Under the pieces are notes generated by a model that was not told the DNA's origin, searched no databases, and worked only from the letters and a program-made list of their open reading frames with translations. From positions 1-56,343 of IMG/VR virus record IMGVR_UViG_3300029448_000046: a stretch of DNA of 56,343 nucleotides, one strand, 5' to 3'. This document shows, piece by piece, positions 43,092-53,540 of the stretch. Each line of letters starts with the position of its first letter. Within the stretch, counting starts at the first letter, position 1. The position numbers were made by a program, and so were the translations under genes. The DNA comes from a virus. Taxonomy: Duplodnaviria; Caudoviricetes.

Positions 43092-45443
43092 ATGGTAGAA
43101 GAACTAAACATTGAGGAAGACTCTTTAAGCATTGGTGTGGTCAACCCCGAAGCCATTATCATTGGTGAAGATGATGGAAGTGTTGTGATTGATTTTGACC
43201 CAGAGTCATCTGAAGACAAGATTGAGTTTGGCGCAAACCTTGCGGAACACATTGACGAGTCCGAGCTTTCTATACTTTCTTCAGACCTAATTGCATCATA
43301 TGACGACGACAAAGCTTCTCGGTCGGACTGGGAAGACACCTATATTGATGGCTTGGATTTGCTTGGTGTTAAGATTGAGGACAGGTCAACCCCGTTTCAG
43401 GGTGCAACTGGTGTCTCTCATCCCATACTCAGTGAAGCTGTAATAAGATTTGTATCTCAGGCAATGATGGAGATATTCCCATCCAATGGACCAGTAAGAA
43501 CAACCGTCATTGGGGAGAAAACCCTAGAGAGAGACCAACAAGCAATCAGAGTTAGAGACTACATGAACTATCTCCTGACCGAGGAGATAGAGGAATACAG
43601 GCCGTCAACAGAACAATTACTATTCAAGACTGCCCTCTCCGGCTCTGGCTTCAGGAAAGTATACAAGGATGAAACTCATAATCGTCCCGACAGTATATTT
43701 GTTCCAGCCGAAGACTTTGTAATTAGTTATGAGACTACAGACCTGAAGTCATCACCCCGATATACGCATGTGATGCGAAAGAGTGACAACTTTGTAAGAC
43801 GTATGCAAATTAACGGGTTCTATCGTGACGTCAACTTAGGAGACCCTTCTAATGAAGGAAGCGACATCCAAACAAAATACAACGAACTTACCGGAGTCAC
43901 GGAAGTCTCAGACACAGATGTCAGAACCCTGCTCGAAATGTTCGTCGAGCTTGACCTCGAAGGATTTGAACACACTGGACAAGACGGAGAACCTACAGGA
44001 CTCAGCCTCCCCTACGTCGTCACCATCGACCAAACCAGTGACACCATTCTATCAATACGCCGTAATTACAAAGAGGATGACCCACTAACAGAGCCAACCC
44101 AACACTTTGTACATTACAAGTTTCAGCCCGGTCTTGGATTTTATGGTTTCGGTTTGATACACCTTATTGGCTCAATAGCTAAATCATCCACATCAATTCT
44201 TAGACAGCTAATAGATGCAGGTACACTAGCCAACCTTCCAGCAGGATTTAAAGCCAGAGGTCTAAGAATTAAGGGTGATGACAGACCAATAGAACCCGGA
44301 GAGTTCCGCGATATTGATTTGCCAGGTGGGGCTATAAGAGACAACATTCTACCCTTACCATTCAAGGAGCCTTCTCCAACACTTGCCCAATTGATGGGTG
44401 TTCTGGTTGATGAGGGCAGACGCATAGCATCTATTGCCGATATGAATATAGGTGAGGGAAATCAGGAAGCTCCTGTAGGAACAACCATAGCCCTTATTGA
44501 ACGCTCAATGAAGGTTATGTCAGCCGTACATGCTAGACTTCATAATAGTTTAAAGCGTGAGTTTAAGCTGTTAACAGAGATTATTAGGGATACTTTACCT
44601 GAGTATCCTTACGATGTTGGGGAAGATTCATTAATTGCAAGGTCAGACTTTGACGACCGAGTCGATATCATTCCTGTTTCTGACCCCAACGCAACCTCGT
44701 TTGCCCAACGGATTATGCAACAACAGGCCGCGCTACAAACATCGGCGCAAGCACCACAGTTATATGACCTGAGAAAACTCCACCGAGCGTTTCTCCACAC
44801 TGTTGGTGTAGACGGGGTTGACGAAATCATACCAGACCCAACTGACGTTCCGGCGTTTGACCCAGTGTCAGAGAACGCACGCCTCATGTCTGGTGCGGCT
44901 GTCAAGGTTTATGCCTACCAAGACCATGACAGTCACATATCCGCGCATATGTCACTGATGCAAGACCCAAGTATGCAACAGAACCCTATGGCTAAAATGA
45001 TACAGCAATCTGTTTCATCTCATATATCCGAACATATGGCGCACAAGTACCGCAACGAAGCTCAAGAGCTTATGTCTGAAGAACTTCCACCACTCAATCC
45101 AGAAGCTGAGAACGGATTGTCGGAGGAAGAAGAGTCACGCATTTCAGCCCAAGCTTCTCAAGCGGCGGCACAGATAACTGGCAAGGCACAGCAACAAGCT
45201 GTTCTTGAGAAACAAATGGCGGCGGCACAAGACCCTGTCATGCAACAGCAACAAGCCGAGTTACAGGTTAAACAGGCAAAGGTTCAGCAAGAAGCACAAG
45301 AGGCGCAGATGGATGCACAGGTCGAAATGCAGAAAGCACAAATGAGAACACAGCTTGAAAGAGAACGCCTAGCACAACAGAGGGAGATAGCTGAGATGAA
45401 AGCGCAGATAGAACTCATCAAAGCTGGGATGAAAACTAACTAG
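43092..45443 (+). CDS. portal protein
   Basis: D..SR.DW, HP.L.EA...F, YMNY, GSGF.KVY, GFYGFGL, QL.DAGTL.N.P.G; Gln-rich barrel tail. Confidence 0.9.
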   Translation: MVEELNIEEDSLSIGVVNPEAIIIGEDDGSVVIDFDPESSEDKIEFGANLAEHIDESELSILSSDLIASYDDDKASRSDWEDTYIDGLDLLGVKIEDRSTPFQGATGVSHPILSEAVIRFVSQAMMEIFPSNGPVRTTVIGEKTLERDQQAIRVRDYMNYLLTEEIEEYRPSTEQLLFKTALSGSGFRKVYKDETHNRPDSIFVPAEDFVISYETTDLKSSPRYTHVMRKSDNFVRRMQINGFYRDVNLGDPSNEGSDIQTKYNELTGVTEVSDTDVRTLLEMFVELDLEGFEHTGQDGEPTGLSLPYVVTIDQTSDTILSIRRNYKEDDPLTEPTQHFVHYKFQPGLGFYGFGLIHLIGSIAKSSTSILRQLIDAGTLANLPAGFKARGLRIKGDDRPIEPGEFRDIDLPGGAIRDNILPLPFKEPSPTLAQLMGVLVDEGRRIASIADMNIGEGNQEAPVGTTIALIERSMKVMSAVHARLHNSLKREFKLLTEIIRDTLPEYPYDVGEDSLIARSDFDDRVDIIPVSDPNATSFAQRIMQQQAALQTSAQAPQLYDLRKLHRAFLHTVGVDGVDEIIPDPTDVPAFDPVSENARLMSGAAVKVYAYQDHDSHISAHMSLMQDPSMQQNPMAKMIQQSVSSHISEHMAHKYRNEAQELMSEELPPLNPEAENGLSEEEESRISAQASQAAAQITGKAQQQAVLEKQMAAAQDPVMQQQQAELQVKQAKVQQEAQEAQMDAQVEMQKAQMRTQLERERLAQQREIAEMKAQIELIKAGMKTN

Positions 45444-45489
45444 GCGGTGACCACTTTCCCCATGATATACATACAATAAGGAGTCTTAC

Positions 45490-45693
45490 ATGAGCGACCC
45501 AGTTGTTCATGCGTTTGCGGACACTGTCCGTAAAACCATTCGCACATACATGAACGAGCTAACAGATAATGTTGCTCTAGGTTCTGCAAAATCATTTGAG
45601 GAATATCAGAGAACGGTTGGACAAATCGAAGGATTGGCAATCGCAGAGAGAGAACTTCTGAACCTCATTTCATCTTCCGACGAGGAAGACTAA
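45490..45693 (+). CDS. small head-module protein
   Basis: EEYQ..VG.IEGL motif; SD AAGGAG. Confidence 0.7.
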   Translation: MSDPVVHAFADTVRKTIRTYMNELTDNVALGSAKSFEEYQRTVGQIEGLAIAERELLNLISSSDEED

Positions 45694-45739
45694 CGGCGTT
45701 AGCTTGACCGCACAATTCAAAAGCTAAACAGGAGAAAAT

Positions 45740-46117
45740 ATGTCATCCGTATATAGTACGGGTGCGGTTGTCATTCCAGACAACCCGCCAAAGCCTATGG
45801 GCTATCACGTTTTAATTGTGATGCCAAAAGTTGAAGAGCAAACAAAAGGCGGAGTCATACTTCCGGGTGAAGTTAAGAACCGCGAAGACGTTGCTTCGAT
45901 AGTTGGAAAAGTGGTCTCAGTTGGAGATACCGCATACCCCGAAACAGATACACGATTTGCCGCTGGACCTTGGTGTCGAGAAGGCGATTGGGTGATGGTT
46001 TCAAAGTATGCTGGACACCGATTTGAGTATGACCGCGTCGAGATGCGTATCCTTAATGATGACGCAGTGCTTGCGGTTGTAGACGACCCAACCAAGATTT
46101 CGAGGGCAACAGGATGA
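45740..46117 (+). CDS. groES: GroES-like co-chaperonin
   Basis: P.GY.VLI, TKGGVILP, G.VV.VG, GD.V...KYAG, ILNDD.VLAVV. Confidence 0.85.
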   Translation: MSSVYSTGAVVIPDNPPKPMGYHVLIVMPKVEEQTKGGVILPGEVKNREDVASIVGKVVSVGDTAYPETDTRFAAGPWCREGDWVMVSKYAGHRFEYDRVEMRILNDDAVLAVVDDPTKISRATG

Positions 46118-46962
46118 ACGAAGAAGACTTAAAAGATGATGTTGAGCTTGAGGTTCAGGTTGAGGAAGAAGTCCCTCAAGAAGAGCCAAAGCCAGAAACA
46201 GAAGAGGTATCTGGTTTAGAAGAACAAACCAAGAAACCTTCAAAGTTCCAAAAGCGTATAGACGACTTAACACATAAACAGAGAGAAGCTGAACGCCAGC
46301 GTGATGAATATTACAAGGTAGCTCAGAAGATTATGGAAGAGAACAACTCTCTTCGTAGGACTGCTCAAGAGTTCTCATCAACATCTGTTAATGAAATGGA
46401 AGCCCGAATCAATACTGACTTGGACTCAGCTAAAGCTGACTTCAGGAAAGCATATGAAGACGGTGATGCTGACAAGATTACTGAAGCGCAAGACAAGATG
46501 ATTAAGGCGTCTCAGCAAACTAGCAAGCTAGAGTCTATGCGTACAAGAGCGGCCTCAGACAATTATGCTGAGAGGGAGCCAGTAACTCCGCCGCCAGATA
46601 CAAAAGCAGTTGAATGGGCTAGCCGTAATCAGTGGTTTAACAGAGACATGATTATGACTAATGCGGCTTACGCGGTTCATGACGAGGCTATAAGCCAAGG
46701 AATATCTCTAGGTAGTGACAACTACTATGAGGTAATCGACCAGCGTATGCGTGAAGAGTTCCCACAAAAGTTTAAGGAAGAGGTCGAGGACGCTCCTCCT
46801 CCAGCCCGAAAGGGTAACGCAACCTCCGTGGTTACGCCGGGCGGCAATGAAACTGGCCGTTCAAAGAAAGTCCGACTATCACCTTCACAGGTGGCCGTAG
46901 CAAATCGTTTGGGTGTTCCTCTTGAGGAATATGCAAAGCAGTTTGTTGCGCTTGAAAATTAG
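46114..46962 (+). CDS. capsid scaffolding protein
   Basis: Acidic N-terminus, QKRIDDLT coiled coil, WA..N.WF, LS.SQVAVA.RLGVPLEEYAK. Confidence 0.75.
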   Translation: MNEEDLKDDVELEVQVEEEVPQEEPKPETEEVSGLEEQTKKPSKFQKRIDDLTHKQREAERQRDEYYKVAQKIMEENNSLRRTAQEFSSTSVNEMEARINTDLDSAKADFRKAYEDGDADKITEAQDKMIKASQQTSKLESMRTRAASDNYAEREPVTPPPDTKAVEWASRNQWFNRDMIMTNAAYAVHDEAISQGISLGSDNYYEVIDQRMREEFPQKFKEEVEDAPPPARKGNATSVVTPGGNETGRSKKVRLSPSQVAVANRLGVPLEEYAKQFVALEN

Positions 46963-46970
46963 GAGACGTT

Positions 46971-47438
46971 ATGTCTGATACAGCAAAAGCTAATCGTTCG
47001 CCCCGCTCAATTGAGAAGCGTGAGCAGGAGCAACGCCCCCAAACTTGGTCACCACCAAACCTAATACCCGACCCCTTACCCAGAGATGGTTTTACTTTTA
47101 AGTGGGTTCGCGTCTCGACTATGGGTCAGGACGACCCGATGAACTATTCCAAGAAACTCAGAGAAGGATGGGAAGCCGTTCCTCTTGAGGAGTGTCCTGA
47201 AATGGAACACCTTGTGCTTGACCCAAATCCAAGGTTCAAGGGCAACGTCGAGGTAGGTGGATTGCTTCTATGTAGGATGCCCGAAGGCATGGCCGCGCAA
47301 CGCAATGAATATTATGCGAACCAAAGTAGGAACGCTATCGAATCCGTTGACAACGCTCTGATGCGGGAATCCAACCCAAGGATGCCGATTAACGCTCCAC
47401 AGCGTGATAGTCGTGTGACCTTTGGGAAAGGCTCTTAA
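46971..47438 (+). CDS. conserved head-module protein
   Basis: W.PP..., FKWVR, LREGWE.V, VGGLLLC.MP. Confidence 0.7.
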   Translation: MSDTAKANRSPRSIEKREQEQRPQTWSPPNLIPDPLPRDGFTFKWVRVSTMGQDDPMNYSKKLREGWEAVPLEECPEMEHLVLDPNPRFKGNVEVGGLLLCRMPEGMAAQRNEYYANQSRNAIESVDNALMRESNPRMPINAPQRDSRVTFGKGS

Positions 47439-47482
47439 CAATCCTGTTGGGGGCAATTTTATTCTCTTAGGGAGAAACCAAA

Positions 47483-48079
47483 ATGGCGACTACTTCAGCC
47501 CCTCGCGGTCTGAAGCCAATTGGTCTTCTAGGGGGATTGCCATTTGCTGGCTCGACTCAATCCATCTTAATTAAGTCAGGCTATTCAACAGCAATCTTCA
47601 ACGGAGACGTAGTTGGCTACGGAAATGTTGCATCTTCAACGGACGATGGATACCTCGTCCGTGAGACAGCGGCAAGTGAAGTTAACCCGATTGGTGTATT
47701 TATGGGATGTTCTTACACAGACCCTAACACCAGCCAGTTAACTTTCTCACAATATTATCCGGGTTCAATAACAGCAGACGACATTCGTGCCGTTGTAGCT
47801 ATTAACCCATTCACCCTTTACGAAGTCCAAGCGGACGGAGCAGTTGCACAAACAAGCTTGGGTATGACCCTTGACCTTGTTCAAACAGCATCTGGTTCTA
47901 CTGCGACTGGTAACTCCGGTCTTCAGGCAGACGCATCAACCGCATCGGTTGGTGGCGAATTGTTCAAGATTGTAGACTTTGTAAATCGTTCAGGCTCTTC
48001 AGTTGGTGATACATACACAGACCTAGTCGTTATGTTGTCACATGCTGAGAATGCCCTGCTCGTTGACCCAATAACATAA
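47483..48079 (+). CDS. capsid decoration / minor capsid protein
   Basis: P.GLKP, IF.GD.V, GVF.GC.YTDP; immediately upstream of the major capsid gene. Confidence 0.7.
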   Translation: MATTSAPRGLKPIGLLGGLPFAGSTQSILIKSGYSTAIFNGDVVGYGNVASSTDDGYLVRETAASEVNPIGVFMGCSYTDPNTSQLTFSQYYPGSITADDIRAVVAINPFTLYEVQADGAVAQTSLGMTLDLVQTASGSTATGNSGLQADASTASVGGELFKIVDFVNRSGSSVGDTYTDLVVMLSHAENALLVDPIT

Positions 48080-48091
48080 GGAGGTTGTGAA

Positions 48092-48997
48092 ATGGCTATT
48101 GCACGCGCACAGCTAATGAAGGAACTCCTGCCGGGTCTAAACGCGCTTTTCGGCATGGAGTACGCACGTTATCCAGAAGAATGGAAATCTTGTTTTGAGG
48201 TTGAAAACTCAGACCGTTCTTTTGAAGAGGAAACTAAACTGTCAGGGTTTGGCCAAGCACCAGTAAAGCAAGAAGGTGCGGCTATTACCTATGACGATGC
48301 ACAAGAGGCGTATACCTCACGGTATACCCACGAAACAATGGCTATGGGCTTCTCAATAACAGAAGAAGCTGTCGAAGATAATCTTTATGATAGTCTTTCG
48401 GCTCGCTATACCAAGTCACTGGCCCGTGCATTCCAGCATACAAAAGAGGTTAAGGGTGCAGACCTGTTCAACTCTGGCTTCACTGGTCAGGTTGGCGGCG
48501 ATGGTGTGTCCCTGTTCAATACTTCACACCCACTTGTTAACGGTGCTGTAAACGCTAACCGTCCCGCAAGTGCTGTGGATTTGAATGAGACATCTCTTGA
48601 GGCGGCGATTATCGGTATCGGCAAATGGACGGATGAGCGTGGTCTAAAGATTGCATCTCGTCCAACTAAGTTGCTTATTCCTTCCGACCTTCAATTCGTG
48701 GCAGAACGTCTGATGGCTACCGACATGCGTGTTGGTACATCTGACAACGACATCAATGCACTGAAGTCTACAAGTGCAGTGTCTGGCGGTTACATGGTTA
48801 ACCACTATTTCACTGACGTGGATGCTTGGTTCCTCGGAACTGACATTCCAAATGGCTTCAAGCATTTTGTTCGTGTGCCAATGAAGACAAGCATGGAAGG
48901 TGATTTCGAGACAGGCAATGTACGGTACAAAGGCCGCGAGCGTTACAGCTTCGGTTACTCTGACCCACTAGCCTACTACGGCTCACCGGGTGTTTAA
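48092..48997 (+). CDS. major capsid protein
   Basis: MAI.RAQL.KEL.PGLNALFG.EY...RERYSFG.SDP; followed by a terminator. Confidence 0.9.
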   Translation: MAIARAQLMKELLPGLNALFGMEYARYPEEWKSCFEVENSDRSFEEETKLSGFGQAPVKQEGAAITYDDAQEAYTSRYTHETMAMGFSITEEAVEDNLYDSLSARYTKSLARAFQHTKEVKGADLFNSGFTGQVGGDGVSLFNTSHPLVNGAVNANRPASAVDLNETSLEAAIIGIGKWTDERGLKIASRPTKLLIPSDLQFVAERLMATDMRVGTSDNDINALKSTSAVSGGYMVNHYFTDVDAWFLGTDIPNGFKHFVRVPMKTSMEGDFETGNVRYKGRERYSFGYSDPLAYYGSPGV

Positions 48998-49015
48998 CAC
49001 CAATAATTAAATAAC

Positions 49016-49047
49016 AAGGGGCGGCTTTCGGGTCGCCTCTTTTTTTT
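49016..49047 (+). terminator. intrinsic terminator after the capsid gene
   Basis: AAGGGGCGGCT-TTCG-GGTCGCCTCTT plus T run. Confidence 0.85.
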
Positions 49048-49095
49048 GAACCTTGACAGGCTTTGCCTGACACTTGCCAAGACAAGGAGTTCCTC

Positions 49096-49941
49096 ATGGC
49101 AAACAGTACTTTTAGCGGAGCAGTCCGCTCAGAAAACGGCTTTACCAAAGTCACAAAAGACGCCACAACAGGCGTTATCACAGACGACTCAACCTATTCA
49201 ACAGCCGCAACCGTAAGCGGTATGACCACCACCACAGGTGGCCTTAACGGTATGACAGCCGCAAGCTGGTATAATCAAGGTGTTGGAACCACAATGTTGG
49301 GAATGAACCCACAGTGGAACCAGAACTTTGGCCGTTGTGGTGATGATGGCGCAGTTGCAAATGTTGATGATGTTCTCACAGCACCAACCACAGCACTGAA
49401 GCTTGCTCTTGCGCTTGAAGGTGTAGCAAATCAAACTGCTGTACCAACTGCCGCTCAAGCATCTGCTATCTTTGGTGGCACAGGTGTAATCGGAACAGAC
49501 TTTACCATTGCGGCAGGTGCGACACAGATTGCGGCAAACCAGTCTATTGTTCGTTATAATGGCGACGTTGGCTCAACCCTCGCGCTCACAGCCTCAACCA
49601 CAGACCTAGCATCAGACACACACAAAAGTCTCATCATCTTCAATGACAATGTGTTTACTGCTTCACAGGCTCTGACACTGCAAGTTCATACAAATAACGA
49701 ACTTGATGCGTCATCATTTGAGGCATTCGTTACAGGTGCAGGAAATGGTGTTCTTGAGCGAGAGGCAACAACTACTGATGGACACGCTAAGATTATTCTT
49801 ACCGCATCAGGAGCTGACACAACAATACTCGCTGGTTCTTACATCTATTTTGAAGCCGCCGCTGACACTGACAGCATGGTGGTTAAAATGATGATACGGA
49901 CAACTGGTGGCACAATCGCAGTCACATCGGCAAATAACTAA
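49096..49941 (+). CDS. virion structural protein
   Basis: MANSTFSGAVRSENGF start behind AAGGAG; Ala/Thr-rich. Confidence 0.75.
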   Translation: MANSTFSGAVRSENGFTKVTKDATTGVITDDSTYSTAATVSGMTTTTGGLNGMTAASWYNQGVGTTMLGMNPQWNQNFGRCGDDGAVANVDDVLTAPTTALKLALALEGVANQTAVPTAAQASAIFGGTGVIGTDFTIAAGATQIAANQSIVRYNGDVGSTLALTASTTDLASDTHKSLIIFNDNVFTASQALTLQVHTNNELDASSFEAFVTGAGNGVLEREATTTDGHAKIILTASGADTTILAGSYIYFEAAADTDSMVVKMMIRTTGGTIAVTSANN

Positions 49942-49987
49942 TCGTGGTGGGGGCTAACTGCCCCCATCCCTTATAGGGAGATTAAAT

Positions 49988-50608
49988 ATGAGTCGTTCTG
50001 ACGTAAAAGTATCATTCATAAATGACGAAGTCGCGGCTGACCCAAACGGTATATCTGAGTCTGCTCAAGTTGGGAACAACGCCGCTGTAGTAATTGGCGG
50101 TGCTTTAGCTGACGGCGGTGCAGTATCACTTGCTGGTTCTGCTAGAAAGCTAGTTGTCACATCTGGCGGAAACGATAGTAGCAAATCATTTACAATAGTA
50201 GGCACAGATATAAACGGCTCCGCTCTGACAGAGTCCTTGACTGGTGCTAACGCTGATACAGCGACAACATCTAATTACTTTAAGACAATTGCCAGCATAA
50301 CAGCAGTGGGTAATCCCGCTGGAACAGTTGTAGCTGGAACAAGCGGTTCTGCGGCAGATGTTGTTTTTGCTGGGCGTTCACGCCTGAAGGGCTACTCAAT
50401 AGTTTCTGGCGGTACTGCTGGTGTAATTGAGTTCTTTAACGGTGACCCCAATGGCACAGGTTCAGCCGTATTCAAGGCTAGAACCATTGGAACAGACAAC
50501 ACAACAGTTGATAACACTATACCAGAGCAAGGCATCCTGTTTGAGGATGGTCTTTATATTGTTTATACAATTGGAACCATCGACATGATGAACTTCTTCT
50601 ATGCCTAG
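49988..50608 (+). CDS. virion structural protein
   Basis: SDVK start, IP.QGILF.DG.Y end. Confidence 0.7.
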   Translation: MSRSDVKVSFINDEVAADPNGISESAQVGNNAAVVIGGALADGGAVSLAGSARKLVVTSGGNDSSKSFTIVGTDINGSALTESLTGANADTATTSNYFKTIASITAVGNPAGTVVAGTSGSAADVVFAGRSRLKGYSIVSGGTAGVIEFFNGDPNGTGSAVFKARTIGTDNTTVDNTIPEQGILFEDGLYIVYTIGTIDMMNFFYA

Positions 50609-50894
50609 AAAGAAGGACAACCCGATAAAGACTTCAGTTAAGTCGGGTAACTTCAGAAAAACAAAAGCTGGTGCAGGTATGACGGCCAAAGGCGTGGCCG
50701 CATATCGTCGTAAAAACCCCGGAAGCAAACTCAAGACAGCCGTAACGGGGAATCCAGCCAAGGGTAGCAAGGATGCTAATCGTAGAAAATCTTTCTGCGC
50801 TCGTTCTGCTGGTCAGATGAAAAAATTTCCAAAGGCGGCAAAGAACCCAAACTCTCGTTTACGGCAAGCTCGCAAGAGATGGAAGTGTAGATAA
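50601..50894 (+). CDS. basic protein (DUF6321-like)
   Basis: GMT.KG..AY...NPGS.LK, RRKSFCARS.G, RW.C. Confidence 0.75.
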   Translation: MPRKKDNPIKTSVKSGNFRKTKAGAGMTAKGVAAYRRKNPGSKLKTAVTGNPAKGSKDANRRKSFCARSAGQMKKFPKAAKNPNSRLRQARKRWKCR

Positions 50895-51094
50895 TGGCAG
50901 AAGCAGTTGAGGTAACTCTGGCGAGATTAGAAGAGCGCATAAGTCAGCTATCAGAAGAAGTTAGACACGTTCATGAGGAGGTGTCTGACTTGAAGGCTAC
51001 GGCGAATAGATGGAAGGGCGCATTCTGGGTAATTATTGCGCTGGGTGGTGTAGCGGGAACCTTTTCAAACTTACTAATAGGATGGATGAAATGA
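50894..51094 (+). CDS. coiled-coil + TM protein
   Basis: LARLEERI...NRWKGAFW plus hydrophobic tail. Confidence 0.65.
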   Translation: MAEAVEVTLARLEERISQLSEEVRHVHEEVSDLKATANRWKGAFWVIIALGGVAGTFSNLLIGWMK

Positions 51095-51258
51095 CTATGA
51101 ATAGAGCAAACATGAACAATCAAATGACAAAGCCACCAATGAAAAAGAAAAAGCCATACGGTATGATGTATGGCGGCAAGGTTAAGGGCATGAAGCATGG
51201 TGGTTCATGCAGAGGAATGGGAGCGGCCACAAAGGGTGGTAAATATAAGCTTTCCTAA
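51091..51258 (+). CDS. small basic Gly/Met-rich protein
   Basis: ATGA coupling; RG.GAA.KG motif. Confidence 0.6.
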   Translation: MTMNRANMNNQMTKPPMKKKKPYGMMYGGKVKGMKHGGSCRGMGAATKGGKYKLS

Positions 51259-51273
51259 ACATTACTTACCGTA

Positions 51274-51501
51274 ATGGAACACGTATTTATTCTCCTAGTT
51301 TACCTTGGGACGGGTGAATACAGATATCTTGCCAGCGGCGATTTATATTTTAGAAGTGCGATTGAGTGCAACCACTTCGCAAAACTCTCAGCAAAGCGTT
51401 ACGGAAACTACAGCTACTCTGACTTCATTGACCCGAAGGACCGAGTGACAAGCTACTGTGTACCAAAATTTATTAAAAAGGGGTCTGTTAAGGTATACTA
51501 A
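51274..51501 (+). CDS. small exported protein
   Basis: FILLVYLG...YF.S..EC..FA...YCVP. Confidence 0.6.
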   Translation: MEHVFILLVYLGTGEYRYLASGDLYFRSAIECNHFAKLSAKRYGNYSYSDFIDPKDRVTSYCVPKFIKKGSVKVY

Positions 51502-51520
51502 GTGGAGGCTAAGTAATTGA

Positions 51521-51979
51521 ATGATTGACCCTATTTCTGCAATATCGCTGTGTTCCAGCGCGGCAGGTGCAATTAGCTCCGCTATAAAAGCTGGTCGCGA
51601 TTTGTCGTCTTTGTCGGGTCCTATTTCAAAGTACGCAATGGCTGAAGCATCCTTAAATTTTGGTGCAACAAGAAAAAAGAACAGCATCTTCTCAAGGATG
51701 ACAGGAGCTGAACAGGCTGGGATAGATGAGTTCTTTCGCAAGGAGGAGCTTGATAATCTAAGAGATGAGCTACGTCAGATATTTTTGTACTTCGGCAAAC
51801 CCGGACAATGGGAAAGGTTGCAAGCAGAAATAGCTAGGCAGAGGACCATGCAGAAAGAAGAGCTGGAAGCCCGTGCTAAACGTAAAGACGCTATTATTTT
51901 GTGGACCGTAGGCCCCACCATTGTTGCTGGCGGTATAGCCTTATTAACATACTTGGTTATTTTTCTGAAAGGATTGTAA
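51521..51979 (+). CDS. membrane-anchored hypothetical protein
   Basis: MIDPISA start, C-terminal TM, SD GGAGG. Confidence 0.65.
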   Translation: MIDPISAISLCSSAAGAISSAIKAGRDLSSLSGPISKYAMAEASLNFGATRKKNSIFSRMTGAEQAGIDEFFRKEELDNLRDELRQIFLYFGKPGQWERLQAEIARQRTMQKEELEARAKRKDAIILWTVGPTIVAGGIALLTYLVIFLKGL

Positions 51980-52371
51980 TGACCGTTGCAAAGAAACGCG
52001 ACCCCAAAAAGTGGGCGGCGGCAAAGGCAAGAGCCAAAGCCAAGATGGGTGGAAAGCACTCTGCTCGCGCCATGCAGTTAGCTACCAAATACTATAAGGC
52101 TAGTGGTGGAAAATACAGTGGTTCTAAGAAGTCTTCAAACAAATTATCCAAGTGGTCAAAACAAGATTGGGGAACGAAGAGTGGTAAGAACAGCACAGTT
52201 GGTCCAAAGGCAACGGGTGAGCGGTATCTCCCAAAGAAGGCGATTAAATCTCTTACATCAATGGAGTACTCCGCAACATCAAAAGCTAAAAGAAAAGGAA
52301 CTAAAGCTGGAAAGCAATTTGTCAAACAGCCCAAAAGAATAGCTAAGAAGACGGCAAAGTTTCGCAAATAG
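51979..52371 (+). CDS. basic protein (DUF5872-like)
   Basis: SAR.MQLA...YK..GG.Y, L.KW.KQDW.TK, ERYLP..A. Confidence 0.75.
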   Translation: MTVAKKRDPKKWAAAKARAKAKMGGKHSARAMQLATKYYKASGGKYSGSKKSSNKLSKWSKQDWGTKSGKNSTVGPKATGERYLPKKAIKSLTSMEYSATSKAKRKGTKAGKQFVKQPKRIAKKTAKFRK

Positions 52372-52508
52372 TTGTGTTATCGACGCCTTAAAAAGGCACA
52401 TAGAAAGCACAAGACTAGCAAGGTTTCAGAACAAGGAAGAATAACAAAAGTCGAGCGTCATCGTGAACGCAAACAGGAACAAGATTATGTCTTGGAGAGT
52501 ATGAAAGA

Positions 52509-53192
52509 ATGGCTACAAGCGGAACAGCTACGTTCAATCTGGACATTGTTGAAATAATAGAAGAGGCATATGAGCGCGCTGGTCTAGGCAGACCGTTTTC
52601 AGGTGCTGATTTTAGAACAGCGAGAAGAAGCTTAAATCTTCTAGGTCAAGACTTTGCAAACAGGGGAATAAATCTTTGGACTGTTGAGGATGTTTCTTTA
52701 ACGCTTACTGCTGGAACATCTGTGTACACCCTTCCCTCCGATACTGTTAGTATTCTAGACCACACAATTCGTACAGGCACAGGAACAGGACAGTCTGACT
52801 TAGCTATAACCAGAATGTCTTTGGGAGAGTACGCAGGTATATCATCTAAGAATTCAACCGGACGGCCCACTAAAATATATGTTGAGCGGTTGAGAGATGC
52901 TCCTCAAATTACATTGTGGCCAGTACCTGACGCATCAGATACTTACACTTTGGTTTATTATAGAATAAGAAGAATAGAGGATACTGCGAATGGGTCAGTC
53001 ACTCAGTATGATGCCCCGACTCGGTTTCTTCCTGCTATAATCTCAGGTCTATCTTATCAGATTGCTTTGAAGAATCCCCCAGTATCTGACCGTATTCCAC
53101 TTCTTAAATCTATATTTGATGAAGATTTCAATTTAGCGGCAACCGAAGACAGGGACCGCTCTGATTTTAAAATAATTCCAGCGGTCAGTTAA
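52509..53192 (+). CDS. head-tail adaptor protein
   Basis: MATSGT..F.LD...IIEEAYER.G, ARRSLN, NRG.NLW, GRP, LWPVPD. Confidence 0.75.
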   Translation: MATSGTATFNLDIVEIIEEAYERAGLGRPFSGADFRTARRSLNLLGQDFANRGINLWTVEDVSLTLTAGTSVYTLPSDTVSILDHTIRTGTGTGQSDLAITRMSLGEYAGISSKNSTGRPTKIYVERLRDAPQITLWPVPDASDTYTLVYYRIRRIEDTANGSVTQYDAPTRFLPAIISGLSYQIALKNPPVSDRIPLLKSIFDEDFNLAATEDRDRSDFKIIPAVS

Positions 53193-53540
53193 ATGTCACG
53201 CTATTCCTCTGGAAAGAAAGCTTTAGCTGTATGTGATAGGTGTGGTCAGAGATATCCATACAACGACATCAAGCCACAGATTGAAAATAAAAGACCGAAT
53301 GGAATGAGGGTCTGTCCTCCATGTATGGATGATGACCATCCACAATTACAGCTTGGTAAGAAGAGAGTATTTGACCCTCAGTCACTAAGAGACCCACGTC
53401 CAGAGGTTTCTGAGAAGGACAGTCACATAATAGCGTTTGCTAATAGGTTCCCTCATACGGCTGGGGAAAACACGTTTTCAGATACAACTATTATAAACGA
53501 GTTTAAATTTAGCCTGACAGTAGAAGGTGAGGTTGTATAA
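53193..53540 (+). CDS. conserved CxxC protein
   Basis: CDRCG..Y, VC..C.D..HPQL, DPQ.L..PRP. Confidence 0.7.
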   Translation: MSRYSSGKKALAVCDRCGQRYPYNDIKPQIENKRPNGMRVCPPCMDDDHPQLQLGKKRVFDPQSLRDPRPEVSEKDSHIIAFANRFPHTAGENTFSDTTIINEFKFSLTVEGEVV

